A stretch of DNA of 64,000 nucleotides from Ginglymostoma cirratum (lineage: Eukaryota). This document shows positions 1-12,046 of this stretch, piece after piece. The number at the start of each line of letters is the position of its first letter. Positions within the stretch are counted from its first letter, which is position 1. The DNA is taken from positions 7,093,573 to 7,157,572 of the forward strand of contig JAHRHZ010000084.1 of the NCBI GenBank assembly GCA_024137785.1, given 5' to 3'. Under the pieces are notes generated by a model. That model had not been told where the DNA came from, ran no database searches, and saw nothing but the letters and a program-made list of their open reading frames with translations. Made by a program: the position numbers and the translations under genes.

Positions 1-544
1 TACAGTCCAGGAAGCAAACCATCTAAACCAAACGCCCAACCACTCTTCAGACAAAAGGCATTTCCAGTGTGCCCTGGCCAGACTCTTAATGCAATTTATT
101 CATTCTACTCTCTCTACTTCTACATATTGTTAGTTTGCATCATCTGCTTCGGTCAACATCAGTCAAAATATTCATTAAATTCTCTAATTTTGCATATGGC
201 CTCTCAGTATAATTCACTGTTTTGTACCAATAGCTACCACAAAACGTTTTGCCACCTGTTTACTAACTAAAGGTTGTAGAAGACATTTCAGCTCCATTTT
301 ATTACAGCAGCCATTTGATTCTTAGGCTCTCTTTGCCAAATTATTTTCACCTTGAATTCCACTATCAATTTACTGTATTTGATCTGCTTGCACATGCGGA
401 TATTTCTGACAGGGTATTTGAAAATGTGTACTAGTGCCCATACATGAATGTGTGTTAGACTGCCTAACTGCTTATGTACACTTATATCTTTTTTTTGTAA
501 GTCTGTGTACATGTGCCAGAAAATCCTGTAAAGTCCTATTCAGG

Positions 545-1478
545 CATCATCTTCAGATGCTTCACCAATGACATTCCCTCCATCATAAGGTCAGAATGGG
601 GGTGTTCACTGACGATTGCATTATGTTCAGCACCATTCGTGACTCCTCAGATACTAAAGCAGTCTGTGTTCAAATGCAACAAGATCTGGATAATATTCTG
701 GCTTGGGCTGACAAGTGGCAAGTGACATTCACACCACGCAAATGCCAGGTTATGACCAGCACCAATAGAAGTCATTCTAACCACCACCCCTTGACATTTA
801 GTGGTGTCACCATCGCTGAATTCCCCATTAGCAACATCCTGGGGGTTAATATCGACCACATAAACACAGTGGCTACAACAGCAGGCAAGAAGCTAGGAAT
901 ACTGTGGCCAGTAACTCACCTCCTGATCCCTCAAAGCCTGTCCACCATCGACAAGGCACAAATCAGGAATGTGATGGAGTACTCCCCACTTGGCTGGATG
1001 AGTGTAGCCCCAACAATACTCAAGAAGCTTGACACCATCCAGGACAAAGCAGCCCGCTTGATTGGCATTACATCCACAAGCATCCATTCCATCCATCACC
1101 AATGCTCAGTAGCAGAATTGTGTACTATCTACAAGAGTCGCTGCAGAAATTCACCAAAGATCTTCATACAGCACCGTCCAAACCCATCACCACTTCTATC
1201 TAGAAGGACAAGGGCAGCAGATATATGGGAAGATCACCACCTCCAAGCTCCCCTCCAAGCCACTCACCATCACGACTGAAAATATATCACCGTTCCTTCA
1301 CTGTCGCTGAGCCAAAATCCTGGAATTACATCCTTAATGGCATTGTGTGTCAACCTACATTAGGTGAACTGCAGCAATTCAAGAAGGCGGCTCACCACCA
1401 CCTTCTCAAGGGCAACTAGGGCTGGGCAAGAAATGCTGGTCAGCCAGCGATGCCTACATCCCACAAATGAACAGAAAA
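545..1478 (+). mobile_element. 3' fragment of a CR1/L2-group non-LTR retrotransposon (RT C-terminus plus 3' tail)
   Basis: ORF 596-1279 has F(T)DD..., QQDLDNILAWADKWQVTF..KCQ, ILGVNID and IRNVMEYS RT/thumb motifs; ends in gggcaactagg...ccacaaatga tail. Confidence 0.9.
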
Positions 1479-1937
1479 ACATATTTTTTCTTGTTGGTTT
1501 ATCTACATTGGCTGCTGATCTAGCGAAGACTTCATTTTAAAAGTCTCGTCTCTGGTTTCACATCGCTTTAACAACTTGTTCTTGATGTAATTCTGATCTC
1601 TTCTTCATCTTTAATTTTCATTATTTGTGGATATGTCCTGGGGTTCAAAATTCCAAAGCTCTCTAATTCAATTCACAGACAAACCGCTGTCTACCTCCCT
1701 TTTAAAGCCTGCTGTTTGATCAAGCACCAGTACCTGATGTTACTCAGTCAAAGACAAAATTTGATAACGCTCCCTGTGAAGCGTCTGATGAACTTTATAC
1801 ATACGCTATACAATCGTCTTACTGTCACATGCTTTTCTGGCACGTGTACAAAGACATACAGAAATATATATAAGCTATATATAGCTATTGGTACTAAACA
1901 GTGAATTATACATGCTTGAGTGTGCGACTGTATAGCT

Positions 1938-2082
1938 GAGATAATAGGTACTGCAGATGTTGGAGAATCCGAGATAACAAGGTGTGGAGCTGGATGAACA
2001 CAGCAGGCCAAGCAGCATCATAGGAGCAGGAAAGCTTGACGGTTCGGGCCTAGACCCTTCATCAGAAAACCTTCATCAGAAA
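1938..2082 (-). mobile_element. Short Penelope-like terminal-repeat insertion with a hammerhead-like motif
   Basis: 13-bp TSD cgactgtatagct at 1925-1937 and 2083-2095; minus strand 2038-2065 reads CTGATGA-AGGGTCTAGGCCC-GAACC-GTC. Confidence 0.8.
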
Positions 2083-2959
2083 CGACTGTATAGCTTTTTT
2101 TCTTTAGTTCTGTTTCTCTCGCCTCAATTCGTCCTTTTCGTTTTAAATTCTTCTCATTTGTCATTAACTCAATCCTGCTTAAAAGCTTCGGCCGCAGAGA
2201 AATCTGTTTTTGGCAGTTTGTGTTTTCCAACACACGATTGTTGACACTCAAGTGTGAACTCTTACAACTTATCTAGATCATCTAAAATAGATCACGACTT
2301 CTCGCTCGTTTTTATTGGATCTCAGCATGTACTGTTAACACCATCTGAGTTTCTTTTTCTCTGGGAGAACAGCTGATAGATAATCAGTTAGTTTTTCTTT
2401 CAAGTCAATCACTATATTCAGAGAACTAATTCGTTCTTTATTCTGTTGCATCCAGCCAGGCAACATTAAGAAAAAATGACAATTGTATCCAGTTATAATG
2501 GAGAATAACATTACGGCTAAAAAAAGAATTTCTCAGTGAAGTGAATTGTCGAACATTTTGGATTACATATTCCGAAGGAATGCTCCTGTTATGGTAGTAA
2601 ATAACGTAATACAATTCATCCATTGATGTTCTGCAGCGCATTTTGCGGCCATTTCAGCTCCTATCGTGCTTTATAGGCAACGTGACATGTTTGACCTGTC
2701 TACATTTGCCATGTTGTCACTGTCATGTTGGAAACATGGTATTCACACTGCACAAAAAGAAGCCTCACAATAACATACTTCAGTGAAGTTGGTTGAGGGA
2801 TAAATATTAGCTAGGACACAATCAATGCGATGAGTGACTATGCTAACCACCTTTTATGCACCTCTTCTTGAATTTCACAGGAAGACATCTATATCGTATA
2901 TCATCTATAAGTGCATCACAATCTGACTACAAATCGACACACCAGCAATATGACACGGT

Positions 2960-3497
2960 TAACAAAGTGTGGAGCTGGAGGACCACGGCAGGCCAGGCTG
3001 CAGCAGAGGAACAGGAAAGTTGACGTTTCGGCTTGGGAAACATCCCAATTTGGCCCTGACTGCGACAACCTCGCCATAAACAACATCGAGAGCCTACAAA
3101 AACGATTTTCTCTACGGATCCTCAAGCACAAACTCTCAGCAATGCGCTGACATCTTCTGGCACTACGATCAACCTCACCCAGCTCAGAGCCTCCCTCTCC
3201 CAGATCAGCAAAGGACCCCTTCTGTTTTTCATTCTGCGCAGAATCCACAACTTTAAACAACGCTTTTACTCCACCCTGACTGAAGTTAAAAAGCATAAGT
3301 ATACTGAACCTACCTGTGCCTACCACCAAACACCGATCTCTCCAAACCGCCAAGTCTTCATTCCGATTTCTGAAGCAGGGTTCCAGACCAAAATGTCATC
3401 TTTCCTGTTTCTGTTATGCTGCCTGGCCTGCTGTGTTCCTCCAGCTCCACACATTGTTATGTCTGACTCTAGTACCTGCAATTCTTCCCATCTTGAC
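2960..3497. mobile_element. Penelope-like element fragment with inverted termini
   Basis: 10-bp TSD atgacacggt at 2950-2959 and 3498-3507; empty site at 58700-58709 in unit 3; ends are inverted copies of the same repeat family as 1938-2082. Confidence 0.75.
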
Positions 3498-4329
3498 ATG
3501 ACACGGTGTCATGTTATTAGATTCTTGCCCCACATATTCATTTCCACAGTTAATTTCTTCAAAGTGAAATGGACGGCCACTCGTTTATAATCTACCGGAG
3601 CAACCTGAAGTTTGCCAAAGAGCTAGGGCTGCTGTGTCAAGAGTTGTGATGTTAATTTGCCGGGGTATCAAGAATCAGATGCAGAACTCTCACTCAATAT
3701 TCTGAATTCCACTAGAATCCTGGCTCTGGATTTATTTTGGGAGATTGCGGCAATGGGGAGAAAAAAGTCACAGCTTAGTACTATGGCCTTGCGACTATCT
3801 CTTCATAATAATGTGTTTCGTGTGCATTGAGGTCTGTAAGAGTCCTTGGGAAATGCACGAAATTCCCATCAATTTCACATATGGCAGCTATATCACCAAT
3901 ATCATCAAGGTGACAAAAGTATATTTTATTCTCAACAGGATGTCATGAACTCGCTTTTGAAATATCTCGGTCTGTGCCAGAGGCAGAAGAGGAAACAGAT
4001 TTGTTCATTGCAAAATCTTATTACCAGGAGGAGATAAAAAGAAATGACCTGCATACAAATGTATCGCCCTCCAAAGGATTCACAATCATGAAGTACTTTT
4101 AATGTTTTGACAACTGTTGCAGTGCAAAAAAAAATGAAAGACAAGTAGCAACATAATGAATGACATGGACAACAATCGGGAAAAAAAAACATCTCTGAAT
4201 TATATTGGTCAGAACACCAGAAGAGCTTCTTGTGGCATGTGGACAATACCTATTAAAAGGAAGTATGAAAGTCATAATTCAGAGTAAAAGACGTTTTTAA
4301 ACATGATACCTTTTTCTAACAACTGTTGG

Positions 4330-6610
4330 AAGTGGGACCTGGGCATCGCTGGCTGGTCAACATTTATTTCCCATTCCTAGCAGCCCTTGAGGTGGTGGTG
4401 GTGAGCTGCCTTCTTGAACTGCTGCAATCCACGAGAGATCGTGATCTGCAAGGTCCTAAGGAAGGGAATTCTAAGATTTTGAACCAGTGACAGTGAAGGA
4501 TTTGTGATACATTTCCTAGACAGGATGGTCAGAGGCTTGGTGGGTAACTTGCACGTGTTCCCATGTATCTGCTGTCTTTTTCCTTCCAGATGGCAGGGTG
4601 TGGAACGTGCTGTCTAAGGATTTTTGGTACATTTCTGCAGCGTATCTTGTTGATGGTAGACACAGCTACTAATGAGCATTGGGACCGGGAAGGGAGTAAA
4701 CGCTTGTGAATGTGCTGCTATAAAAGTGGACGACATTGTCATGATGATATCAAGATTCTTCAGAGTTGCTTCAGCTGTATCTATCCAGGCAAAGTGAGGA
4801 GTATTCCATTACACTCCCAAATTGTGCCTTGTAGATGGTGTGCAGAATTTTGGGTGTCAGGAGGTGAGATATTCACTGCAGTATTCCTCACCTCCAACCA
4901 GCTCTTGCATTCATTGTGTTTTTGCGGTGATTCCTGTCGATTGTGGAGATTCGGTGATGGTAACTCAGTCGAATATCAAGGGCAGTGGTTAGATTGTCTT
5001 TTATTTGAGCTCGTCATTACTGGCCTTTGTGTGGTATTGATGTTACCTGCCATTTGTCATCCCAAGCCTGAATATTGTTCAGATCTTGTTGCATTTGAAG
5101 ATGGACTGCTTCAGCAGCAGAAGAGTCATAAATGTTGCGGAAGCTTATGCAAGCATTGCTGAATATCCCCACTTCAGACTTTATGATGGAAGGAAGGTCA
5201 TTGATGAAACAGCCAAAGATGGTTGGATTTGGACACTACTTGAAGAACTCCCGGAGGGATGTTCTGGAGCTGAGATAACTGACCTCCAACAACCACGACC
5301 ATCTTTGTATTTGCCAGGTATGACTCCAACCAGACGGTAGTTTGCACCCTGATGTCCATTGATTCCAGTTTTGAGAGGACTTATTGATGCCACATTCAGT
5401 CCAATGTGGCCTTGATGTCAAGGCCTGTCGCTCACCCCTCACTTCACCAACACAGGTCTTTTGTCCAAGTTTGGACCGAGGCTGTAATGAGGTCAGGAGT
5501 TGTGCGGCCCTGGCAGAATCCAAACTGGGCGTCATTTAGCACGTTATTATGAGCAGATGATACTGTTTATCACTGTTGATGACAACCTCCATCACTGTAA
5601 TTATGATTGAGAGTCAACTGATGGGGCAGTAATTGGCTGGCTGGATTTGTCCTGCTTTTTGAATACGGGGAATACCTGGGAAATGTTCCACATTATGAGG
5701 TTGATGCCAGCATTGCATATGCACAGGAAGACCTTGACTAGGGGAGCAGAAAGTTGCGGAGCACGAATCTTCAGTCTAATAGCTGGAATGTTGTCTGGGG
5801 TCACAGACTTTGCAGTATCCAGCGGCTCAAACAATTATCTTGATATCACGTGGGGTGGATCTAATTGGCTGAAGACTGGTGTTTGTGATGTTGGGGACCA
5901 TAGCAGGAGACTGAGATGGACCATCTACTCAGCACTTTTAGCTGAAGTTTACTATGCATGTTTCAGTCTGATATTTTTCATGAGTGTGTTGGAATTTCTA
6001 ATATTAGGGATGGTGATGTTTGTGAAGCCTCTTCCTCCTCCCGTAAATTGTTTAATTGTCCACCACCATTCATGCCTGGGTGAGGCAGGACATCAGAGCT
6101 TAGATGTTATCCATTGGTTGTGGGATTGCTTAGCTCTGTCTATCACTTGCATCTTATGCTATTTGGCAAGCAAATAGTCTTGTTTTGTGGCTTCACCTGG
6201 TTGACGCCTCGATTTTAGGTATGCATGGTGTTGCTTCTGGTATGCCCTTCTGCAGTTTCCATTATCAAGTATCAATCCCCCGGCTTGATGTTAATAGGAG
6301 AGTGGGGGAAAATGCCGTGACGTTGCAAATTGTGCTGCAGTACAATTCTGCTGCTTTTGAGGCCCCGCAGCACCTCATGCTTGCCCAGCCATTAATTGCA
6401 GGACGTGTTTTAAGTCTTTCCCGTTTAACACAAAACACAATGGAAGGTATTCTCAACATGTAGGCGGGGCAATGTCTCCACAAGGACTGTGTAATGGTCA
6501 CTCCTACCAATACTGTAATGGACAGATGCATCTGCTGCGGGCAGATTGGTAAATGTGAGGTCGCGTATATTTTTTCCCTCTCTTCCTGGTTCCCTCACCA
6601 TCTGGCTAAT
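4330..6610 (-). mobile_element. Degenerate CR1/L2-group LINE (same family as 545-1478)
   Basis: Minus-strand ORF pieces PDNIPAIRLKIRAPQLSAPLVKVF, VFKKQDKS, SIGRSDHYTVLV (endonuclease SDH motif); many frameshifts. Confidence 0.85.
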
Positions 6611-8179
6611 CACGATTTTCCACTCTGTATTATAGTGTTAAAATTTACTAAGTTCTCATAAAAGATTGCAGTCCTTGGAAAGTTACTCGGATTCTTCTTC
6701 CGCCTGTGCTGCCTGATCTGCTGAGGGTTTTCAGCACTGATACATTGCATGCTGCAGGGAAATGCCACTCAATCAGACAAACGCAAGATGTAAGATTCCA
6801 GATTTGTTATGCCTTCATTAATTAGAGGAAAAACTGGGAGTGTTAAACAGAGTACTCTTGTTCCTGTGTGACGAAGCATAAACAAATCTCGAATCGTTAA
6901 CTCCCAATGTGGTTCAGACAAAAAAAAATCAACAGATCCTGAAAAATCACGAATGCATTTCAAATATTTAACATTTAATGTCATGTCTCCATATTCGGGA
7001 TTTTCATTCCATCAGTCCAAATGTACCTTTGTATGAGATGTTATTGATATCTGACCTTTGTTATTTTGATATTGCGCCCTTTTATACTTAGTAACAATTA
7101 CCTGTTGGAAATTCTTGTGTGACTTTGTTCTTCACCGTGGAAGTTTCTGCAGCAGCCGCGGGAAGCACCACAAATACTTGAGGCACAAAATTGGGCCTAC
7201 GTGTGGCGATTCATCTCTGCATCATTGGTAACTATCCTTAACTCCTTTGGATTTTCTTTATTGTATGTCGGCACAGGGATAACAGTGTCATTCTGAGATG
7301 TCATCAGAACCCGCCAATTGCTGGGATACAATGAGGGGAAAAAATAAAGTGACCAATCATTCTTCAACAATCAAATTGCCAGCCGAAATTCGCTCCTTAT
7401 GCAAGTTATATTAACCTAGTCTCAGATTTGAGACGTACGCTCAACCACGAGGGATGCCAAGGCCTTAACGCGGATATTTATCGGAATGTTATTAAGGCTG
7501 TGAAACTTCAGTGATGTGAGGGAAGTGGTGTTATTCTCCTTGATGGATAAGTTAGCGGCATTCAAGCCTATGAAAAGTTTTGATGGCATAAACTAATTAG
7601 GATAATACGTTTTCTGCCAGAGAATCCCGTAAGTAAGGGACAGATTGTTATAACCAGTCCTGAATTTCATAGTGGCAATTAGTTCCAGCCTAGCTCTTCC
7701 TGCTGAGGATCAAATGTTCGTGCAGATCCGCTGATGACGGTTACCACCGGCATTCTTGAATGATATTCGTCTACTTATTCAGGTCAAATAATTCTATTCA
7801 GCAAACTGCCACTTGCAACGAGCTGGAAGTCTACAAAACATGGTCTTACTTTCGCAAAAGTTCCAATGCTCCTTGAACGTTGTCCAAGCTTTTTTCTTCT
7901 CGCCGTTCCATCTCCAGGTATCACCAAACGCAATATTCTGATTATTTGTTGTGTTTTCAGGGGAATAATAGCTCCAAAAGAAAACGATTTTGAAATAACT
8001 CTTTTTAAAATACCCGGCTAAAATGAAGCTCAAACGGCCCTCATCTGCTCTGAAATGGTGAAATGGAGATGAATATAATTATCAATCTAATGGTTCCTAC
8101 TGGAAACTCGGGTGATCGGAAGATGTTAAAATGACGTGGCATGAAAATCAGAGGTCACAGGATAAATAGTTGCTTACGT

Positions 8180-8194
8180 GAAGAGGAATCGCTT
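8180..8194 (+). promoter_or_regulatory. Candidate ETS/PU.1-type site (GAAGAGGAATCGCTT) upstream of the leader exon
   Basis: GAAGAGGAATCGCTT is identical in all three copies (8180, 44648, 62353) while the flanks differ; function is inferred only. Confidence 0.35.
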
Positions 8195-8565
8195 AGGTGA
8201 AGGAGCTGGCACACTGCGGCCTGAAATAATATTTTCGGTACTAAACTACCGATGAAAGGTGAGTGTTGACAAAGGACGTCTTTCGAACGCCGTGTCCCTG
8301 TGGTGACTGAAAACTAAACAAGATTGTTGAACTTCTCGTGGAAATGTATCAGCGGGAAGTTAGGAGGGGACTCCGACCTAACAAACTCCTATGAAGAAGT
8401 ACAACCATGTCCAATACGCTACATTAGTCATATGATAAGTGATGTCATAGTCTCGCTTTTAACATATTTATCTATGAGACGCATTGGTCTCACCCGACCC
8501 AAAACCACTCAGAATACTGCCCGCGCTTACAGCAAAGCACTCACTTTTTTTTTCTCGGTTGCAAT

Positions 8566-8620
8566 ATGTCGGCGAGAGCAGCGTTTCTGTTCATGACTCT
8601 TCTGATCATGCCTTGGCCAG
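8566..8620 (+). CDS. Copy 1 leader exon, MSARAAFLFMTLLIMPWP (signal peptide)
   Basis: ATG 8566, hydrophobic core, CCAG|gtact phase-1 donor; 55-nt length conserved in copies 2 and 3. Confidence 0.85.
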
Positions 8621-8830
8621 GTACTCTTTAATGTTACCATGTGCCCTCTTCGAGTAACTTAGACTGTCTTTCATATTTACAGCTACTGCATTACAAATTT
8701 AGGTGCCCTGTTTCTCCAATCCGATGCGTGTGATTGTTCTTATTTTTTTTCTTGTATTTTACTCCTCTGTTGTTTTTCTTACCCTGCTGTCTACAACTAA
8801 TTTTTCTTTATTTTACTTATTTTTTAATAG

Positions 8831-9136
8831 TCACTAAAGTAACTTCGAGCAAAGTAGATCAGTTTCCGAAACTTTTGAAGGCAGTCAGAGGTGACAATGT
8901 TTCCATCTTCTGCACATTTCCCATATTTGAAGATGTTCCTGAAGTATTTTGGTGGAGACGCAATGAGGAATCTTTTCTGGGACCCGACAGCAGAAAGCGA
9001 TTTCATGTCCAGAAAGGAAGGGGCTCACTTCATGTTCTCAATGTCACTATCGCTGACTCCGGAATGTATTATTGTAAAATAAAACATCAGCAAACTATCA
9101 TTGCAGCTGGAAGTGGCTCTTTGCTGACAGTGTGCG
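8831..9136 (+). CDS. Copy 1 Ig V-set exon with in-exon J-like G strand
   Basis: Polypyrimidine-tag acceptor and G|gtaagt donor; 306 nt, phase 1-1; B-strand Cys (IFCTF), C-strand Trp (FWWR), DSGMYYC, GSGSLLTV. Confidence 0.95.
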
Positions 9137-9474
9137 GTAAGTGATACTGTACAAGGGGCAGAAAACGTCTTCAGCTGTTTTGTGTAATTTATGTGGCCTG
9201 CGATTTTATAATTCGAGGAAAATCCAGTGAAAGCGAATTCGCTCCATAGAGTCAGGGGGATCTCTTCCCCTTTGATTTTGTTGTTCAACGGGCTTTGATT
9301 CATTTTCGCCTGTTTTGCGCCATTTCTCAAGATCAATTCCACCACTCATTGTCATTATGACATTGCACTGTGCCGTTAATATAATGCGTGCAGAACCGGT
9401 TGATAACGCTTCAATACAGTGAAACAGCATAACTGTTTGAATTCTGGGGAGAAATTAATTTTTGGCTAGAATCC

Positions 9475-9940
9475 TGTAACAAGAGTAGGTGTTACTGGCG
9501 AAATTCAGAAGGGCTGGCAGCATCTGTGTGAGCGAACGTTTATAGTCCAGTGATCCTTCTTCAGAACGGTTCTGACGAAGGTCACTGGACTCAAAATGTT
9601 AACTGTCTTTTCGCTTCACAGGCAGCCTCAAAATAAGGGGGAACGTCTCCGTTCAAAGAGTTGTGAATCCGTGGAATTACCTGCCGTTGAAGCAGTTAAG
9701 GCTATACCTTTGAATGTTTTTAAGACACGGATAAGTCGATTTTTGAACAGTAAATGAATTAATCGTGATGGTGAGTGGGCGTTAAGTCGAGCTCGGTCCA
9801 CGAAAAGTTCAGCCATGATGTTATTCAATGGCGTTGGAGGCTCAACGGGCCAGATGACCTATTCGTGCTCCTATTTTTTCTGCTGTTACGTTCCGATGCT
9901 GCCAGACCTGCAGAATTTCCCCAGTAATTTATATTTTTGT
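9475..9940. mobile_element. Inverted Penelope-like terminal repeats with a nested CR1 3' fragment (~9627-9890, +)
   Basis: Hairpin agtccagtgatccttcttcagaac/ttctgacgaaggtcactggact; CR1 3' motif gttgtgaatccgtggaatt; orthologous copies at ~46050-46520 and ~63640-64000. Confidence 0.65.
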
Positions 9941-11749
9941 GTCATGTGGTAAAATGCTCGGTTTACCTCTTACCAAAATAAAAGTGCTAAAATGCGACAG
10001 TAGAAACAATGTTGACGCAAAATCAAAAATGCTGCGTATTTTGGAAAGTTTGAAGCAAAAATACAATTTACTTAAAACGTGTGTGAACATCTACTGAGGT
10101 AATACGAACATAAGAATTAAAAACAACAGTAGGCCATTCGTCCCTCAACTCGACTCAGGCACGCAATCAAATTATGGCTGACTCGTTTGCGGTCTCAACG
10201 GCGCTTTCCCACCGACCGCGGTACCTTTGGATATCGCTGTAAATCCAAAACAGTTAACGTTTCAGGTCATAATCTTTCATAAGAACAAATATAACAGCTT
10301 ACACATCATTTTTAAAGAAGATTATGAAGACCACCTAATAGTCATCCACAATATGCATTGATTGTAAATTCAGGTGAATAATAGCATGCCACAGCCACTA
10401 TTATACAACCAACACAGGGTAACTTTTCGACCAGCAAATTGCTGATCGAAACATTCTGTACCAAACTGTTCAAAAGTGGAGATGGATTGCAAGGGAAGTT
10501 AATCCTGGGGATCAAAGGAATAGAATAAAATCGGACAAACAGAGTTGAGATACAGTCCAACCATGACCTAAGTGAATGGCAGAGTGAGCTGTGCTGGTGT
10601 GGATCCGATGGATCATATGTCATACTTCAACATTGAAGGGATTCTAAGATTCTATTAGTGAGAGAAATTCAAAGGCAGAATCGCCAAGCATTTTGACTGC
10701 GCATTTTCCAATACTGATATTCTCCAAACGCCATTTCTTACACAAATGAATCGCATGATCCAGTGAGACGACAAACGTTGATCTTGCTCTAAACGCTGGA
10801 TTCTATACCCCGTTATGAAGTTTCCACGACAATGAAGTTACCCACTTCCTATGTGGCTCGCCAACTGGACTTTCTGTAATACGCGCACAACAGGCATCGT
10901 GAATGAAGGACGGCACCAAACATAACTAAAAGCCTCTGCGCTCCTGTGTTTGTCATGTATTATTTAGATGCAATGGTACCCATGATAGGACACCAAGATA
11001 ACACGCATATTTTTGTTCTCCGTGAGAGTTCTGTGGTATCTAAAGCAGGCCTGAGGGGGAAATGGACGAGTTCTCAGACTTTGCAGGTAATAAAAACCCG
11101 CGTAAATTTGGAAATGAATGAAATATCGACCTTAATAATTCCCTCGTAATAAAATATATAAAAAAAACAGAGAACAGATGTTAAGAATATTGATTGTAAT
11201 AAACAGCAGAACAATGCAAACCCTGCAATATTATACCCAGCTGAAAACTGATTGTAGATCGAGGGGCCACACGTTCGCTTTAGTAAATAGTTAATGTAGA
11301 ATTGATTTTGAAAGGGGGTTTTCAGGCGAAGACGGGAATATGAATCAATTGTTGTTTCAGGCTCAAAGGGTCGAATAGCCTTCTGAATGGAGCGGACTGC
11401 TTCACCTCCCAATTCGTATGTTTCCTCCAGGTAGAATCTCCTTCAAGGAAAAAAAAACTACGCCCAACAAACTGAATGCACTTTCAGAAGGGCAAAACCC
11501 TCGGGATTATGTTAAGACCCACACTTTATCAAAGCTTTTCCTTCCGGGCTCATCCTCGCTGTGCATTGTTTGAAAAACATCCTAACATTGTGTGGTGTGT
11601 TTTTACAAACAAATGCAAAGACCAAGGTTAAAATACGATGACAAAGAAAACTATTGTCGTATTAGGAATAATGTGCGACGGGGTTACGGTGTGGACGGGA
11701 GGAAACAGAAGAGAATGTGATTTTTTTAATGTTTTACGTTCTGTTATAG

Positions 11750-12046
11750 TTCCACCAACCCACTTGACAATCATCCCCGTGGAAGGAATTTCAGGAAATT
11801 ACTTGAAATTCGAGTGTGAAACCTCTGCCTTTTATCCGGAGGATTTAGGCATCACCTGGCTAAGAGATGGTGTCAATCTTCAGGCTGGAATAGAGACTGT
11901 GAAAAACAAGACCGTGGATGGGCTTTATGAGGTTACTAGTTCATTGGAAGAAGCGCAGCCTGTGCGAGGCAGTGTAATTTATACCTGCCTGGTATCTCAT
12001 GTTTGTCTTAAGGTGCCCGCTAGCGTCAGCTACACCTTTTATCGCG
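11750..12046 (+). CDS. Copy 1 Ig C1-set exon
   Basis: tag|tt acceptor and G|gtaag donor; 297 nt, phase 1-1; FECETSAFYPEDLGITWLRDG, DGLYEVTSSL, YTCLVSH are C1 signatures. Confidence 0.95.

Noticed and set aside
596-1279. Functional or domesticated reverse transcriptase
   Set aside because: C-terminal fragment only, with an internal deletion; the paralog at 35470-36400 is frameshifted
7731-7760. CTGATGA-CGG-TTACCA-CCG as a hammerhead or C/D snoRNA
   Set aside because: The GAAA box is replaced by GCAT and there is no nearby CTGA D box with a terminal stem
8734-8830. Hydrophobic N-terminus of ORF 8734-9144 as a signal peptide
   Set aside because: It is the translated polypyrimidine tract (TTG start, length not conserved between copies); a proper leader exon exists at 8566-8620
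9535-9605. Active ribozymes or a pre-miRNA in the intronic hairpin
   Set aside because: Both hammerhead-like cores lack GAAAC (AAAAT and TAAAC), and the hairpin is explained by inverted repeat termini that decay in the paralogs
8831-12046. Rearranging TCR or Ig light-chain locus
   Set aside because: The J-like strand is inside the V exon, no RSS or separate J segments were seen, the FG/WG motif is absent, and there is an uncharged TM plus ITIM tail
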